A DNA stretch of 64,000 bases, taken from positions 1,083 through 65,082 of the forward strand of contig JAFQUM010000022.1 of the NCBI GenBank assembly GCA_017408485.1. The letters run 5' to 3'. Every line of letters begins with the position of its first letter. The stretch's first letter is position 1. This DNA is from Clostridia bacterium. Its GTDB lineage: Bacteria > Bacillota > Clostridia > Oscillospirales > Butyricicoccaceae. The notes under the pieces are model-generated. The model saw only the letters and a list, made by a program, of their open reading frames with translations, searched no databases and was not told where the DNA came from. Below, piece after piece: positions 17,826-28,600 of this stretch. The position numbers and the translations under genes are program-made.

Positions 17826-18509
17826 ATGGCCAAAATAATCACATCCAAGGAAGCAGCTGCCCTCATCAAAAGCGGTGACTCCGTAATGTTCGGCGGTTTC
17901 GTCGGTTGCGGTACTGCAATGGGCGTCGTAAACGAGCTGGCAAAGCTTGGCACTGATAACCTCACTGCTATGTGCAACGACGGCGGTAGAATCAATCCCG
18001 ACGGAAGCTTTTACGGCATTGCTCCTCTGATCCACAACAAGCAGTTCAAGAAGTTCTATGCAACCCATATCGGTATTAATCCCGAGATCGGTCAGCAGAT
18101 GAACGCAGGCGAGATGGAAGTTGTTCTGGTTCCCCAGGGCTCTTTTGCTGAAATGATCCGCGCAGGCGGCGCAGGTCTCGGCGGCGTTCTTACTCCCACC
18201 GGTGTAGGTACTATTACCGAGGGCTTTGAATATGTTCACAGCAAGGTAAACATTGACGGCAAGGATTATCTGCTTCTTAAGCCTCTTAAGGCTGATTTCG
18301 CAGTTATCGAAGGCTTCAAGGTCGACAAGGCGGGCAACGTCTGCTACCACGGCACAGCCCGTAACTTCTGCCCCCTGATGGCAACAGCAGCAAAGACTGT
18401 TATCGTCGAGGCTGAAAACCTTGTTGAGATTGGCGAGATCGATCCCGACAATGTTGTAACACCCGGTATTTTTGTTGATTACATTGTCTACGACGGAGGT
18501 AACAAATAA
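17826..18509 (+). CDS. family I CoA-transferase subunit A (3-oxoacid/acetate CoA-transferase alpha)
   Basis: MAKIITSKEAAALIKSGDSVMFGGF...; ATG at 17826 lies 10 nt after AGGAGG. Confidence 0.85.
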   Translation: MAKIITSKEAAALIKSGDSVMFGGFVGCGTAMGVVNELAKLGTDNLTAMCNDGGRINPDGSFYGIAPLIHNKQFKKFYATHIGINPEIGQQMNAGEMEVVLVPQGSFAEMIRAGGAGLGGVLTPTGVGTITEGFEYVHSKVNIDGKDYLLLKPLKADFAVIEGFKVDKAGNVCYHGTARNFCPLMATAAKTVIVEAENLVEIGEIDPDNVVTPGIFVDYIVYDGGNK

Positions 18510-19171
18510 TGGATAAAGCTCAAGTTAAGGCAGTTATTGCCGCACGCGCAGCAAAGGAACTGAAGGACGGCGATATCGTCAATCTGGGTATCGGCATCCC
18601 CACCCTTATCCCCGCTTACCTTCCCGAAGGCGTTAAGATCAAGCTGCAGGCAGAATGCGGTATGATCGATGCAGGCGGACCTCCCACAGCAGAGAACGCT
18701 GATCCCGATCACGTTTGTGATGCAGGCGGACAGCCCTCCTCCATCATGACCGGCGGTGCATTTATCGATTCTTCTATGTCCTTTACCATGATCCGCGGCG
18801 GTCACGTCAGCGGCACCTTCCTGGGCGCTCTGCAGGTTGACGAAAAGGGCAACCTGGCAAACTGGATCATCCCCGGCAAGACCGTTCCCGGTATGGGCGG
18901 CGCTATGGACCTGGTTGTTGGCGCTAACAAGGTTATCGTTACTATGGAGCATACCGCAAAGGGCAACCTCAAGATCCTTAAGGAATGCACCCTCCCCCTC
19001 ACCGCTGTCAGCTGCGTTGATATGATCATCACCGAAATGGGTGTTATGAATGTCACCGACAAGGGCATCGAGCTGGTTGAGATCCATCCCGAGTTCACCG
19101 TTGAGCAGGTTCAGGAAGCTACCGGCGCAACTCTTATCATCAGCCCCGACCTCAAGCCCATGGATATCTGA
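18509..19171 (+). CDS. family I CoA-transferase subunit B (beta)
   Basis: 220 aa (IVNLGIGIPTLIP...LQAECGMIDAGG). The catalytic Glu context reads AECG rather than the usual SENG. Translationally coupled to subunit A. Confidence 0.85.
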   Translation: MDKAQVKAVIAARAAKELKDGDIVNLGIGIPTLIPAYLPEGVKIKLQAECGMIDAGGPPTAENADPDHVCDAGGQPSSIMTGGAFIDSSMSFTMIRGGHVSGTFLGALQVDEKGNLANWIIPGKTVPGMGGAMDLVVGANKVIVTMEHTAKGNLKILKECTLPLTAVSCVDMIITEMGVMNVTDKGIELVEIHPEFTVEQVQEATGATLIISPDLKPMDI

Positions 19172-19223
19172 ATTAAATAATTCAAGCATAAAAATAACGA
19201 AGCTTTTCGGCTTCGTTATTTTT
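18894..19223 (+). repeat. direct repeat copy 1 (3' 278 bp of the subunit B gene plus its terminator)
   Basis: 330 bp. By manual alignment it differs at ~6 positions from 20677..21006. Confidence 0.9.
19190..19223 (+). terminator. terminator of the CoA-transferase operon
   Basis: AATAACGAAGC-ttttcg-GCTTCGTTATT followed by TTT. Confidence 0.7.
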
Positions 19224-19281
19224 GTTTCTGCTCATTATCTTAAAAACACGTTTACTTTGCTATATTTGAAAGCATCACGTT

Positions 19282-20349
19282 TTACGATGCTCTTTCGCGG
19301 GGATAAAGAATCCACTGACCGTCAGCATATTCCATAACAAAACGGGCATTAGGCCCTCCGTCGTTTCCTATGCCTACGTATGTGCCTTTAATTTCTCCCC
19401 AAGAAACAACGTACTGATTTTCGGCGAGATTCATGCCTTGATAATATTCGTTATTCTTGTATTCATCGCTTTGACTGCTGATAGCCCAAACATTCCATCC
19501 CTGATAATTTTCATAATGGAAAAATCTGTTGGGCGCAGGCTCGCAAAGCTCTTTTGCCAGCTCATCCATCAGTATTTTTACAGCTTGTTCGGGCGTGTAT
19601 TGCCTTGCTTGATCTTCTAGAACCAAGGGTTCTTTGTCAGTCATACTGAATGACCATTCAAACATTGACGTTATTGCATTAAACCTGTTGATTAAAAAGT
19701 TTTTATCGGTCAAGCCATTGGCGTTACAAAGGGAAATAAACTCGTTTGCAGCATCATCGGTAAGCCAGTAAGCGTTTCCGTCAGACCATTTAACGGCAAC
19801 CTTTCCCTTGCGATATATCCTGTCTGTATGAGGTGAATAGGTGAACTCAATGACGGTGTCCGTCGCGCCTTCGGTAAACTCCGCTTTATAGTGAAAGTAT
19901 GGATTTAAAATATCTCCAAGAAAATAATGTGATTCATCCTCCACTACACCTTGGGAAATATCTGTCTTTTGCAGTATTTTATAAAGCTTGGTAGCTATCT
20001 CTTCATCCTCAAATATAAACTCAAGGTTCTTAGAAGGGAACTTTACCCCTTCGTTATCATATCCTGCCACAATAAGATAGTTGCTGAGTTTGACCTTGCC
20101 GAAGGTTACGGGTTCTTCCGAGATTTCGGGGCCATTTTCTTGTAATTCGTCACTTTCGGGCGGTGTGCAAGGACCCGGTGCAGACGGTGCGGGCGGTTTT
20201 GGAATATTTGCTAACGGGTCGGAGACACCTGATGAATCGGGCATTTGAGGTGTTTGCGCTTTTTCATCGTTTTTTTCTCCGCAAGCAACAAGCAAAACTA
20301 ATGCAAGTACGAGGCTTAAAATAATAATCGTTTTCTTCATCAGGTTCAA
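19282..20349 (-). CDS. hypothetical lipoprotein
   Basis: 355 aa. Signal peptide plus lipobox (LVLLVAC), followed by a Pro-rich linker. I recognise no family. Confidence 0.6.
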   Translation of the reverse strand: MNLMKKTIIILSLVLALVLLVACGEKNDEKAQTPQMPDSSGVSDPLANIPKPPAPSAPGPCTPPESDELQENGPEISEEPVTFGKVKLSNYLIVAGYDNEGVKFPSKNLEFIFEDEEIATKLYKILQKTDISQGVVEDESHYFLGDILNPYFHYKAEFTEGATDTVIEFTYSPHTDRIYRKGKVAVKWSDGNAYWLTDDAANEFISLCNANGLTDKNFLINRFNAITSMFEWSFSMTDKEPLVLEDQARQYTPEQAVKILMDELAKELCEPAPNRFFHYENYQGWNVWAISSQSDEYKNNEYYQGMNLAENQYVVSWGEIKGTYVGIGNDGGPNARFVMEYADGQWILYPRERAS

Positions 20350-20593
20350 CTCCTTTCAAATTATGATGAAGTGTGAATGTGTTTTCCGTAATCCTAATGT
20401 AGCAAAAATTACCCGCCAATGCAATTACAAAAGAATTACAATATTGTCATATTTTTGTCACTTTTTTCCTTTGCTTTTTATAGTATAGACTGAAGGCGCA
20501 GCGCTTTTGTTCCACTAAACCCACAATATGTTCATATATACAATATTTTTATCTCAACCACACAAAAGCCTTGTAAATATTTCAGCCAAAAAA

Positions 20594-20630
20594 CACAAAG
20601 AACCATTTCATTGTGAAATGGTTCTTTGTT
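20594..20630. terminator. terminator-like hairpin just left of repeat copy 2
   Basis: ACAAAGAACCATTTC-attg(t)-GAAATGGTTCTTTGT, flanked by A and T runs. Confidence 0.45.
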
Positions 20631-20676
20631 TAATATTTAAGGTGTTTCGGGTATTACAGGAGTTAGAGGAGCGGTG

Positions 20677-20954
20677 TGGGCGGCGCTATGGACCTGGTTG
20701 TTGGCGCTAACAAGGTTATCGTTACTATGGAGCATACCGCAAAGGGCAACCACAAGATCCTTAAGGAATGCACCCTCCCCCTCACCGCTGTCAGCTGCGT
20801 TGATATGATCATCACCGAGATGGGTGTTATGAATGTCACCGACAAGGGTATCGAGCTGGTTGAGATCCATCCCGAGTTCACCGTTGAGCAGGTTCAGGAG
20901 GCTACAGGTGCAACTCTTATCATCAGCCCCGACCTCAAGCCCATGGATATCTGA
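20677..20954 (+). pseudogene. 5'-truncated duplicate of the CoA-transferase subunit B gene (last ~92 codons)
   Basis: Encodes GGAMDLVVGANKVIVTMEHTAKGNHKILKE...PMDI, nearly identical to the C-terminus of 18509..19171. It lacks the N-terminal ~128 codons and has no RBS. Confidence 0.85.
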
Positions 20955-21006
20955 ATTAAATAATTCAAGCATAAAAATAACGAAGCTTTTCGGCTTCGTT
21001 ATTTTT
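20677..21006 (+). repeat. direct repeat copy 2
   Basis: See 18894..19223. The duplicated terminator hairpin is included. Confidence 0.9.
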
Positions 21007-21014
21007 ATGCTGTT

Positions 21015-21051
21015 AAAAGCACTGTTTTCACAAGCTGAAAACAGTGCTTTT
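21015..21051. terminator. bidirectional terminator
   Basis: AAAAGCACTGTTTTC-acaagct-GAAAACAGTGCTTTT. Confidence 0.65.
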
Positions 21052-21054
21052 AAG

Positions 21055-22017
21055 TTACAGATCATTCAATTGTTGTTTAAGCTCCACAAACTCAACATAT
21101 GACGCTGAGATCAATATATCTTGTGGGGATCCTATCCTTATATCCTCGGGAGCTATGCCGACCTTGATCATATTCTCTGTATCATTTTCGACATATGCCA
21201 AAGCAAAGCCTTTAAACTCATTATCAATGTCAACGGCAAGCTCTCTCGTTATGTGATCAGATTGCGCTTTTCTTTGAAGTATATATTTTTCATATACCTT
21301 CACGATTTGGATCATCAGGCTTATTTCATTTCGCTCTTTTTTCGAAACACGGTATCTTTTAGGTACTTTTTCTCCATCTTCACGCATAAAGCCGTAGCTG
21401 GATTCCAGTTGCTTTTTTGCATTTGAGTATTCTTTTGAAATGTCCTCTTTATACAGATGATCCATACATTTTTTCAATAGTCCGCTTGTTTGCACATATC
21501 TGTTTTCATGAGGAAACAGAATATGATTGACAAAATATCCTACAGCAAAACCTGCAACACAGTGAAGCACTCTATACGGATAACCCGTAAGTCCTCTTAC
21601 CAAAGATGCCGAAAGAATAAATGTGGCATTTGCCAACATACTGTTGGTCGGTGAATATGTATGCTTATAGTTGATCGGCAGACCTATGCATATTGCTACA
21701 ATAGCGGCAATCATTATCAACACAGTATCGGGTATCGGAAGTTTAAAAATATGCTTACAAGGGATTATCATAAGAGCAAGTATTGCTCCCTGAACTATCT
21801 GTACAGTAACCCTTCGGAACCCATAACGATTGCCGCCGCGATAGCCTCGATCAATATAAAGATACAGATTTGCCGTTACCGCCGCGGTTACACGGTATGG
21901 GTCTTTGACTAACCACGCGAAAAGTGTACATATGACAGTACATATTGCCAATTTTAGAATAAGCATTTTCTCTTCACGGTTCATTTTGGTGATAGACATC
22001 TTCATCCCCACTATCAT
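21055..22017 (-). CDS. polytopic membrane protein, possibly aromatic acid exporter (ArAE/FUSC-like) family
   Basis: 320 aa. The N-terminal ~170 aa are hydrophobic and the C-terminal half is a soluble helical region. The family assignment is from memory only and the start is uncertain. Confidence 0.45.
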   Translation of the reverse strand: MIVGMKMSITKMNREEKMLILKLAICTVICTLFAWLVKDPYRVTAAVTANLYLYIDRGYRGGNRYGFRRVTVQIVQGAILALMIIPCKHIFKLPIPDTVLIMIAAIVAICIGLPINYKHTYSPTNSMLANATFILSASLVRGLTGYPYRVLHCVAGFAVGYFVNHILFPHENRYVQTSGLLKKCMDHLYKEDISKEYSNAKKQLESSYGFMREDGEKVPKRYRVSKKERNEISLMIQIVKVYEKYILQRKAQSDHITRELAVDIDNEFKGFALAYVENDTENMIKVGIAPEDIRIGSPQDILISASYVEFVELKQQLNDL

Positions 22018-22071
22018 TTTATAGTTATTCCACAGAAGAACCGTTTCGTTCAGAAACGGTTCTTTGTCGTT

Positions 22072-24501
22072 TTACGGTGTGATAGGTGTATCAGGTACCG
22101 ATGGTGTCGGTGGGGCAGTATGCGCTGTACATACCTGCATAGTATAGGTGGACGGCTTGAACATTCCTGCTGCAAGCTCAGCATCTGTCACTGTATAAGG
22201 CAAACAATATGCCTGATCGGTGATGTTTATTCCCGCCGAGGGATAAAGGCGGCGCAAGCTCAATGCGCTGACCGTCTTAAGCGCCGTTTCGGGGCAATAA
22301 GCATTGGCAATTCTGCCTGTGGTGGTGTCTATCTGTATTGCCATATGGTTGGTGCAGCTTTCCTTGGGTACGTCCTCTCGAGCAAGATATGCCGTTGCCA
22401 CACGGCTGCCGCGGCGGTCTATCTCGCAAAGGTCGGTTGCCAGCATTCCGCTGTCAAGACAGTAATTGACTTTGACCATTTCGGTCTTAAGCTCAAACTT
22501 TGCATCGGGGAGGTCTGCATGCACCTGCTCCATAACATCGTGCCATATCTGCAGAGCGGGGTTGGTGGAAAACTTCTGCAGACTCTGCTGCTTGTCATAT
22601 CCGAACCACACAGCGCCTACATAATAAGGTGTGATTCCTGCAAACCAACGGTCATTATCCGCAGAGGTAGTACCGGTCTTTCCGCCTACATCGATTCCTT
22701 CGAGGGCGGCTTTTTTACCTGTACCGCTTGTAACTACATAGTTGAGTATCTGTACCATATAGTCGCGGGTCTTTTGGCTCATTGCGGTAGTGGTAATAGG
22801 CGCGTTATCCAGCAGCAATTCGCCGTCGGAATCATATATCTTGGTGTACATTATGGGAGTAGTATATTTGCCGTCATTTACAAAGGCACAATATGCGGCG
22901 GTAACATCATATACCGAAACGCCCTTGGTAAGTCCGCCTAAAGCAAGGGGGCTATAATCAAGGTCGGACATAATGCTTTGAGTTCCGTCGCTGTTTGTGA
23001 CTACCTGACGGTCGATTATGGTGGAAATGCCTAGATTCTTGGTCAGGAAGTTATATGAGCGCTTAACTCCCACTCGCATAAGCACATCTACGGCAACTGT
23101 ATTGTGAGATTTACCCACTGCAGTAAGGATGTTGCAAAGTCCGCTGTAGGTACGGCTTTCGTTAAGCGGCCAACCCGTTGAACGAACTGTAAAATCCTTG
23201 GGTGCATCATCAACTACTGAAATAGGAGTGATAAGTCCGTACTCTATAGCCGGAGCATATACACTGAGCGGCTTGATGACCGAACCGGGTTGACGATAGG
23301 TCATAGTGGCACGATTCAGGACAAGGTCTGCCGTCTTTTCACCTCTGCCGCCGTAAAGCGCCTTGACGTGACCCGTATAAGGATCCATAATCACCATACC
23401 TGCCTGAGGATAGGTACCGTCGTTGCCCAGATCACCGGGGAAGGTCTCTTCGTTGCAAAATACACTGTCCATTGCCGACTGAATGTCGGGATCTATAGTG
23501 GTTACTATCTTAAGTCCGCCGTTGTAGACAAGGCGTGATGCCAAGGCTTCACTGTAGCCTTTTTCTTCCTGCAGATCCTCTATGACCTGATCGATCAACG
23601 CATCAACAAAGTAAGAGCGGGCGGTGGTATCGTCGTCATCACCTGTAACCGCAACCACTTCTTCAGCCATTGCAACATCATATTCAGCCTGTGTTATATT
23701 TCCCCATCTGAGCATTTCGCCCAGAACGGTCTCGCGGCGCTCCTTATTAAACTCGGGGAATCGGATGAGGTCGTATTTGTACGGATTTTTTGTTATTCCC
23801 GCAATGGCGGCACACTCGGCAAGGGTAAGCTCGTCAAGGTCCTTGTTAAAGTATTCGTGAGCCGCCTGCTTAACGCCGTAGGCTCTTCCGAGGAAAATAG
23901 TATTGAGATAAAGCTCTAAAATATCTTCTTTTTCATATTCTTCCTCAACCGACAGAGCTCGCATAACCTCCTGTATCTTGCGTTTTACCGAGGTCTCATC
24001 CTCGCCAGTCAGGTTCTTAATTAGCTGCTGGGTTATGGTGCTTCCTCCGCCGAAGTTGTCACGGAAGGAAACAACATAGTTCAGTGCCGCGCCGATGGTG
24101 CGCTTCCAGTCAACGCCCGAATGGGTGTAAAAGCGGGCATCCTCAACCGAGATAAATGCAAGCTGCAGCTGCTTGGGTATTTCAGCAAGAGGTACCCAAA
24201 CTCTGTTTTCATCGCCGTGAATCGAGTCAAGCAGTCTTTCCTGACCGTTTTCATCGACGTAATATATAAATGTAGTCTGGTCAAGTCTAAAAGAGCTCAG
24301 GTCAATATCCACCTCGGGGTTGACATACTTGTTGATATATACTGCAAAGCAAGCAACGCAAATACCCGCACAAAGCAGACCTATGAGCAATATAGTAACA
24401 AAGGTCATCAAAAAGCCCTTGCCTATCTTGCCTGCTACGCGCCAGCCTTTGCTTTTCTTTTTCTTCTTTTTCTTTTTGACTTTTACTTCTTCGTTTTCCA
24501 T
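22072..24501 (-). CDS. class A penicillin-binding protein (PBP1A: glycosyltransferase + transpeptidase)
   Basis: 809 aa. Lys-rich N-terminus plus a TM helix, GT51 motifs (ISVEDARFYTHSGVD, GGSTITQQL, RKIQE) and transpeptidase motifs (PGSVIKP, KTGTT). Confidence 0.9.
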   Translation of the reverse strand: MENEEVKVKKKKKKKKSKGWRVAGKIGKGFLMTFVTILLIGLLCAGICVACFAVYINKYVNPEVDIDLSSFRLDQTTFIYYVDENGQERLLDSIHGDENRVWVPLAEIPKQLQLAFISVEDARFYTHSGVDWKRTIGAALNYVVSFRDNFGGGSTITQQLIKNLTGEDETSVKRKIQEVMRALSVEEEYEKEDILELYLNTIFLGRAYGVKQAAHEYFNKDLDELTLAECAAIAGITKNPYKYDLIRFPEFNKERRETVLGEMLRWGNITQAEYDVAMAEEVVAVTGDDDDTTARSYFVDALIDQVIEDLQEEKGYSEALASRLVYNGGLKIVTTIDPDIQSAMDSVFCNEETFPGDLGNDGTYPQAGMVIMDPYTGHVKALYGGRGEKTADLVLNRATMTYRQPGSVIKPLSVYAPAIEYGLITPISVVDDAPKDFTVRSTGWPLNESRTYSGLCNILTAVGKSHNTVAVDVLMRVGVKRSYNFLTKNLGISTIIDRQVVTNSDGTQSIMSDLDYSPLALGGLTKGVSVYDVTAAYCAFVNDGKYTTPIMYTKIYDSDGELLLDNAPITTTAMSQKTRDYMVQILNYVVTSGTGKKAALEGIDVGGKTGTTSADNDRWFAGITPYYVGAVWFGYDKQQSLQKFSTNPALQIWHDVMEQVHADLPDAKFELKTEMVKVNYCLDSGMLATDLCEIDRRGSRVATAYLAREDVPKESCTNHMAIQIDTTTGRIANAYCPETALKTVSALSLRRLYPSAGINITDQAYCLPYTVTDAELAAGMFKPSTYTMQVCTAHTAPPTPSVPDTPITP

Positions 24502-24617
24502 TTTAATACCTCATATCAAAAAGACGATTGTCCAAAATGCTTATAATACTCCATATTGTTTGAATATAGTATACCACATATTTTTGAATTTTCCATATAT
24601 ATTTGGTAAATTTTACA

Positions 24618-24646
24618 TTGACTCAAGCCCGCTTCGGTTATATAAT
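24618..24646 (+). promoter_or_regulatory. sigma-A type promoter
   Basis: TTGACT, 17-nt spacer, TATAAT, located 20 nt before the GGAGTG RBS of the 24667 gene. Confidence 0.6.
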
Positions 24647-24666
24647 CTGTCACGGAGTGATAATAT

Positions 24667-25557
24667 ATGACCTTTACCGATTATTCGAATAGTTTTAATT
24701 GGATATCCACAGGCGGAGAGCGCGACAAGCCGGTGGATGTTTTTCATGTTGTGCCCACAAGCTGGTACGGCAAAGAGGGAGAGACACTAAGCGAAATATC
24801 CAATCCCCAATACCGCGAAATGTCCACCTTTAATGTATCTTTTCAGGCAAGCGTGTTTGAGACAGAGGCAAATATTTTTGCTCCCCATTATCGTCAGCTT
24901 GAGCCCTATTACTGTCTTGATCTGTCCCTTGAAGAGCGTATGAAAAAAGAGGCAGAAGAGCCTAAACAGGATATTTTTGACGCTTTGGATTATTATTTTG
25001 AAAACTACAATAATGGCAGACCTTTTATTTTATCGGGACATTCCCAAGGCTCTATTTTGCTGCTAAGTGTCCTTTCTGAGTATATGTTTATGTATCCCGA
25101 GCGCTACGAGCGTATGATCGCCGCCTATCTCATCGGATATTCGGTCACAGAGGAGTATCTGCGTGAACACCCTCATCTTCATTTTGCCGAAGGCGCGGGC
25201 GACACGGGCGTAATAATTTCTTATAATACCCAGTCCCCTTCTCTCACTTCGCCCAACCCACTTGTCAATCCAGGGGCGTTGGTTATCAATCCTATTTCGT
25301 GGACAAGAAGCGAGGAGCTTGCTCCCGCATCCCAATCACTCGGCTCCCGTATCAAGGGCAGAGACATTCCCCACTTTGCCGATGCACGCATCGACAAGAG
25401 CAAAAACGCACTCATCTGCTCCACTCCCGACCCACGCAGAATGAAGAGTGAATTGTTTGAAGAAGGGGTCTATCACATCCACGATTACGGCCTATATTAC
25501 TACGATCTGCGTCAAAATGCCGCTCTTCGTATTGCAAATTATATGAAAAATCTTTAA
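24667..25557 (+). CDS. alpha/beta hydrolase, DUF3089-like
   Basis: 296 aa. Nucleophile elbow GHSQGS; the overall pattern looks like DUF3089 proteins. Confidence 0.6.
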   Translation: MTFTDYSNSFNWISTGGERDKPVDVFHVVPTSWYGKEGETLSEISNPQYREMSTFNVSFQASVFETEANIFAPHYRQLEPYYCLDLSLEERMKKEAEEPKQDIFDALDYYFENYNNGRPFILSGHSQGSILLLSVLSEYMFMYPERYERMIAAYLIGYSVTEEYLREHPHLHFAEGAGDTGVIISYNTQSPSLTSPNPLVNPGALVINPISWTRSEELAPASQSLGSRIKGRDIPHFADARIDKSKNALICSTPDPRRMKSELFEEGVYHIHDYGLYYYDLRQNAALRIANYMKNL

Positions 25558-25615
25558 AAATTGTTATATATCGGTAAAAAACTAACAAAATTACTATAAA
25601 GTCAGTCTTTTTCAG

Positions 25616-25644
25616 TTTACAAAATCGGATAAATCTGTTAGAAT
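25616..25644 (+). promoter_or_regulatory. sigma-A type promoter of the PFOR gene
   Basis: TTTACA, 17-nt spacer, TAGAAT. Confidence 0.55.
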
Positions 25645-25696
25645 GTATAAGGTTAATACTTTATTTTTATAATAAATAAACAGGAGGAACAAAGTC

Positions 25697-28600
25697 ATGG
25701 CAAGAAAAATGAAGACCATGGACGGCAACACTGCTGCCGCTCACGTGTCGTATGCGTTCACAGACGTAGCTGCCATCTTCCCGATCACTCCTTCTTCTGT
25801 TATGGCAGAACTCACCGATGAGTGGTCTGCTAATGGTCAGAAGAATGTTTTCGGTCAGGAAGTAAAGGTTATCGAAATGCAGTCCGAAGGCGGCGCCGCA
25901 GGTGCTGTTCACGGAAGCCTTATGGCAGGTGCTCTTACCACCACCTACACAGCTTCTCAGGGTCTGCTCCTGATGATCCCCAATATGTACAAGATCGCAG
26001 GTGAAATGCTTCCCGGCGTTATCCACTGCTCCGCTCGTACACTTGCTTCCCACGCACTGTCCATCTTCGGTGACCACAGCGACGTAATGGCATGCCGTCA
26101 GACCGGTTTTGCTATGCTGGCAAGCACCAATCCTCAGGAAGTTATGGACCTTGGCGCAGTTGCACACCTTGCAGCTATCAAGGGCAAGATCCCCTTCCTG
26201 CATTTCTTCGATGGTTTCCGTACCAGCCACGAGATCCAGAAGATCGAGACCTGGGATTACGAAGACCTGAAGGATATGCTTGACATGGATGCCGTTAAGG
26301 AATTCCGTGAAAAGGCACTTCACCCCAATCATCCCGCACAGCGCGGTACTGCTGAAAACGGAGACATCTTCTTCCAGCACAGAGAAGCTTGCAACAAGTT
26401 CTATGATGCACTTCCCGACGTAGGTGAAGAGTACATGCAGAAGGTCAATGCTAAGCTTGGCACCAACTATTCCTGCTACAACTACTACGGCGCTCCCGAT
26501 GCAACCGATGTTATCGTTGCTATGGGTTCCGTTTGCGATACTATCGAAGAAGTTATCGACTACAAGCTGGCTCAGGGCGAAAAGGTCGGTCTGCTGAAGG
26601 TAAGACTGTACCGTCCCTTTGCTAACGACAAGTTCGTTGCTGCTATCCCCGCAACATGTAAGACTCTGTCCGTTATCGACCGTACCAAGGAGCCCGGCTC
26701 CAACGGTGAGCCTCTGTACCAAGATGTCCTGACCGCTCTTGCACAGACCGGCAGACAGATCAGAGTTCTCGGCGGCCGTTACGGTCTTGCTTCTAAGGAT
26801 ACCACCCCCGCTTGCATCGCTGCTATCTATGAGAATATGCAGTCCGCAACTCCCAAGGCACGTTTCACAGTCGGTATCAACGACGACGTTACCAACCTTT
26901 CTCTGGAAGTTAAGGATTATGCTGACACCGCAGCTGAAGGCACCATCGCTTGTAAGTTCTGGGGTCTCGGCGGCGACGGTACTGTTGGCGCTAACAAGAA
27001 CTCCATCAAGATCATCGGTGACCACACCGATATGTACGCTCAGGCTTACTTTGCATACGACAGCAAGAAGACCGGCGGCGTAACTATTTCCCACCTGCGT
27101 TTTGGCAAGAAGCCCATTCGCTCCACCTACTATGTAAGCAAGGCAAACTTCGTCGCTTGCCACAATCCTTCCTACGTAACCCGTTACGATATGGTTCAGG
27201 ATGTTAAGCCCGGCGGCACCTTCCTGCTTAACTGCCAGTGGAGTCCCGAAGAGCTTGAAAGCCATCTGCCCAACAAGATGAAGTCTTATATTGCTAACAA
27301 CAATATCAACTTCTACACCGTTAACGCTATCGATAAGGCTATCGAGATCGGTATGGGCAAGCGCACCAACACCATTCTGCAGTCTGCATTCTTCAAGCTG
27401 GCTGATATCATCGACATTGATACAGCTTGCAAATACATGAAGGAAGCTGCAACCAAGACCTATGCAAAGAAGGGCGACGACATCGTTAAGATGAACCACG
27501 CTGCTATCGATGCAGGTGTTGATGCAATCGTTAAGATCAATGTTCCCGATTCCTGGAAGACTCTCGAAGACGAAGTTGTTACCAAGGAATACAAGGGCAA
27601 GGCCGAAGTTGTTGACTTTGTCAAGAACATCCTCGAGCCCGTTAATGCACAGCGCGGCGACAAGCTGCCCGTTTCTGCATTCCTCAGCACTGTTGACGGC
27701 AAACTGCCCTCCGGCACCTCTGCTTATGAAAAGCGCGGTGTTGCAGTTGAGATCCCTGAGTGGATCCCCGAAAACTGCATCCAGTGTAACCAGTGCGCAT
27801 TCGTATGTCCCCACGCTACCATCAGACCTTATGCTCTGAGCGCTGAGGAACTGAAGAATGCCCCCGCTTCCCTGAAGTCCAAGCAAATGATCGGCAAGGG
27901 TTGCGAAGAATACGCATTTACAATGAGCATTTCTCCCCTGGATTGTATGGGATGTAAGCTCTGCGCTAACGTCTGTCCCTCCAAGAACAAGGCTCTCGTT
28001 ATGAAGCCCTTTGAGTCTCAGATGCCTCAGCAGGAAGCTTATGACTACACCATGGAAGAAGTTGCTGTTAAGGAACTGCCCTTCGCTGTTGATACAGTTA
28101 AGGGAAGCCAGTTCAAGCAGCCCCTGCTTCAGTACTCCGGTGCTTGCGCAGGCTGCGTTGAGACCGCTTATGCTCGCCTTGTAACTCAGCTTTTCGGTGA
28201 CAGAATGTATGTTGCTAACGCAACCGGCTGTTCCTCCATTTGGGGCGGCTCTGCTCCCGCAATGCCTTACGCAGTTAACAAGGAAGGCAAGGGTCCCGCA
28301 TGGGGCAACTCCCTGTTCGAAGACAATGCCGAGTTTGGTCTCGGTATGGCTACCGCTGTTCGTCAGCTCCGCGACGGCCTGAAGGCTAAGGTCGAGGCTC
28401 TGGCTGCTGCAAAGGGTGGCGCTTTGAAGGAAGCTGCTGACAAGTGGATCGAAAACTTCAAGGATGCTAAGCTGAGCGTTATCGCAGGCGAAGCACTTAT
28501 CGCTGAGCTTGAGAAGGACGGCTCCGATGAGGCTAAGGCTATCCTGCAGGATAAGGACTTCCTCGGCAAGAAGACCGTTTGGATCTTCGGCGGCGACGGT

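Noticed and set aside
18488-19189. 233-aa minus-strand ORF antisense to CoA-transferase B, and its duplicate at 20637..21065
   Set aside because: It is an antisense shadow of a conserved enzyme gene. The second copy exists only because of the 330-bp duplication.
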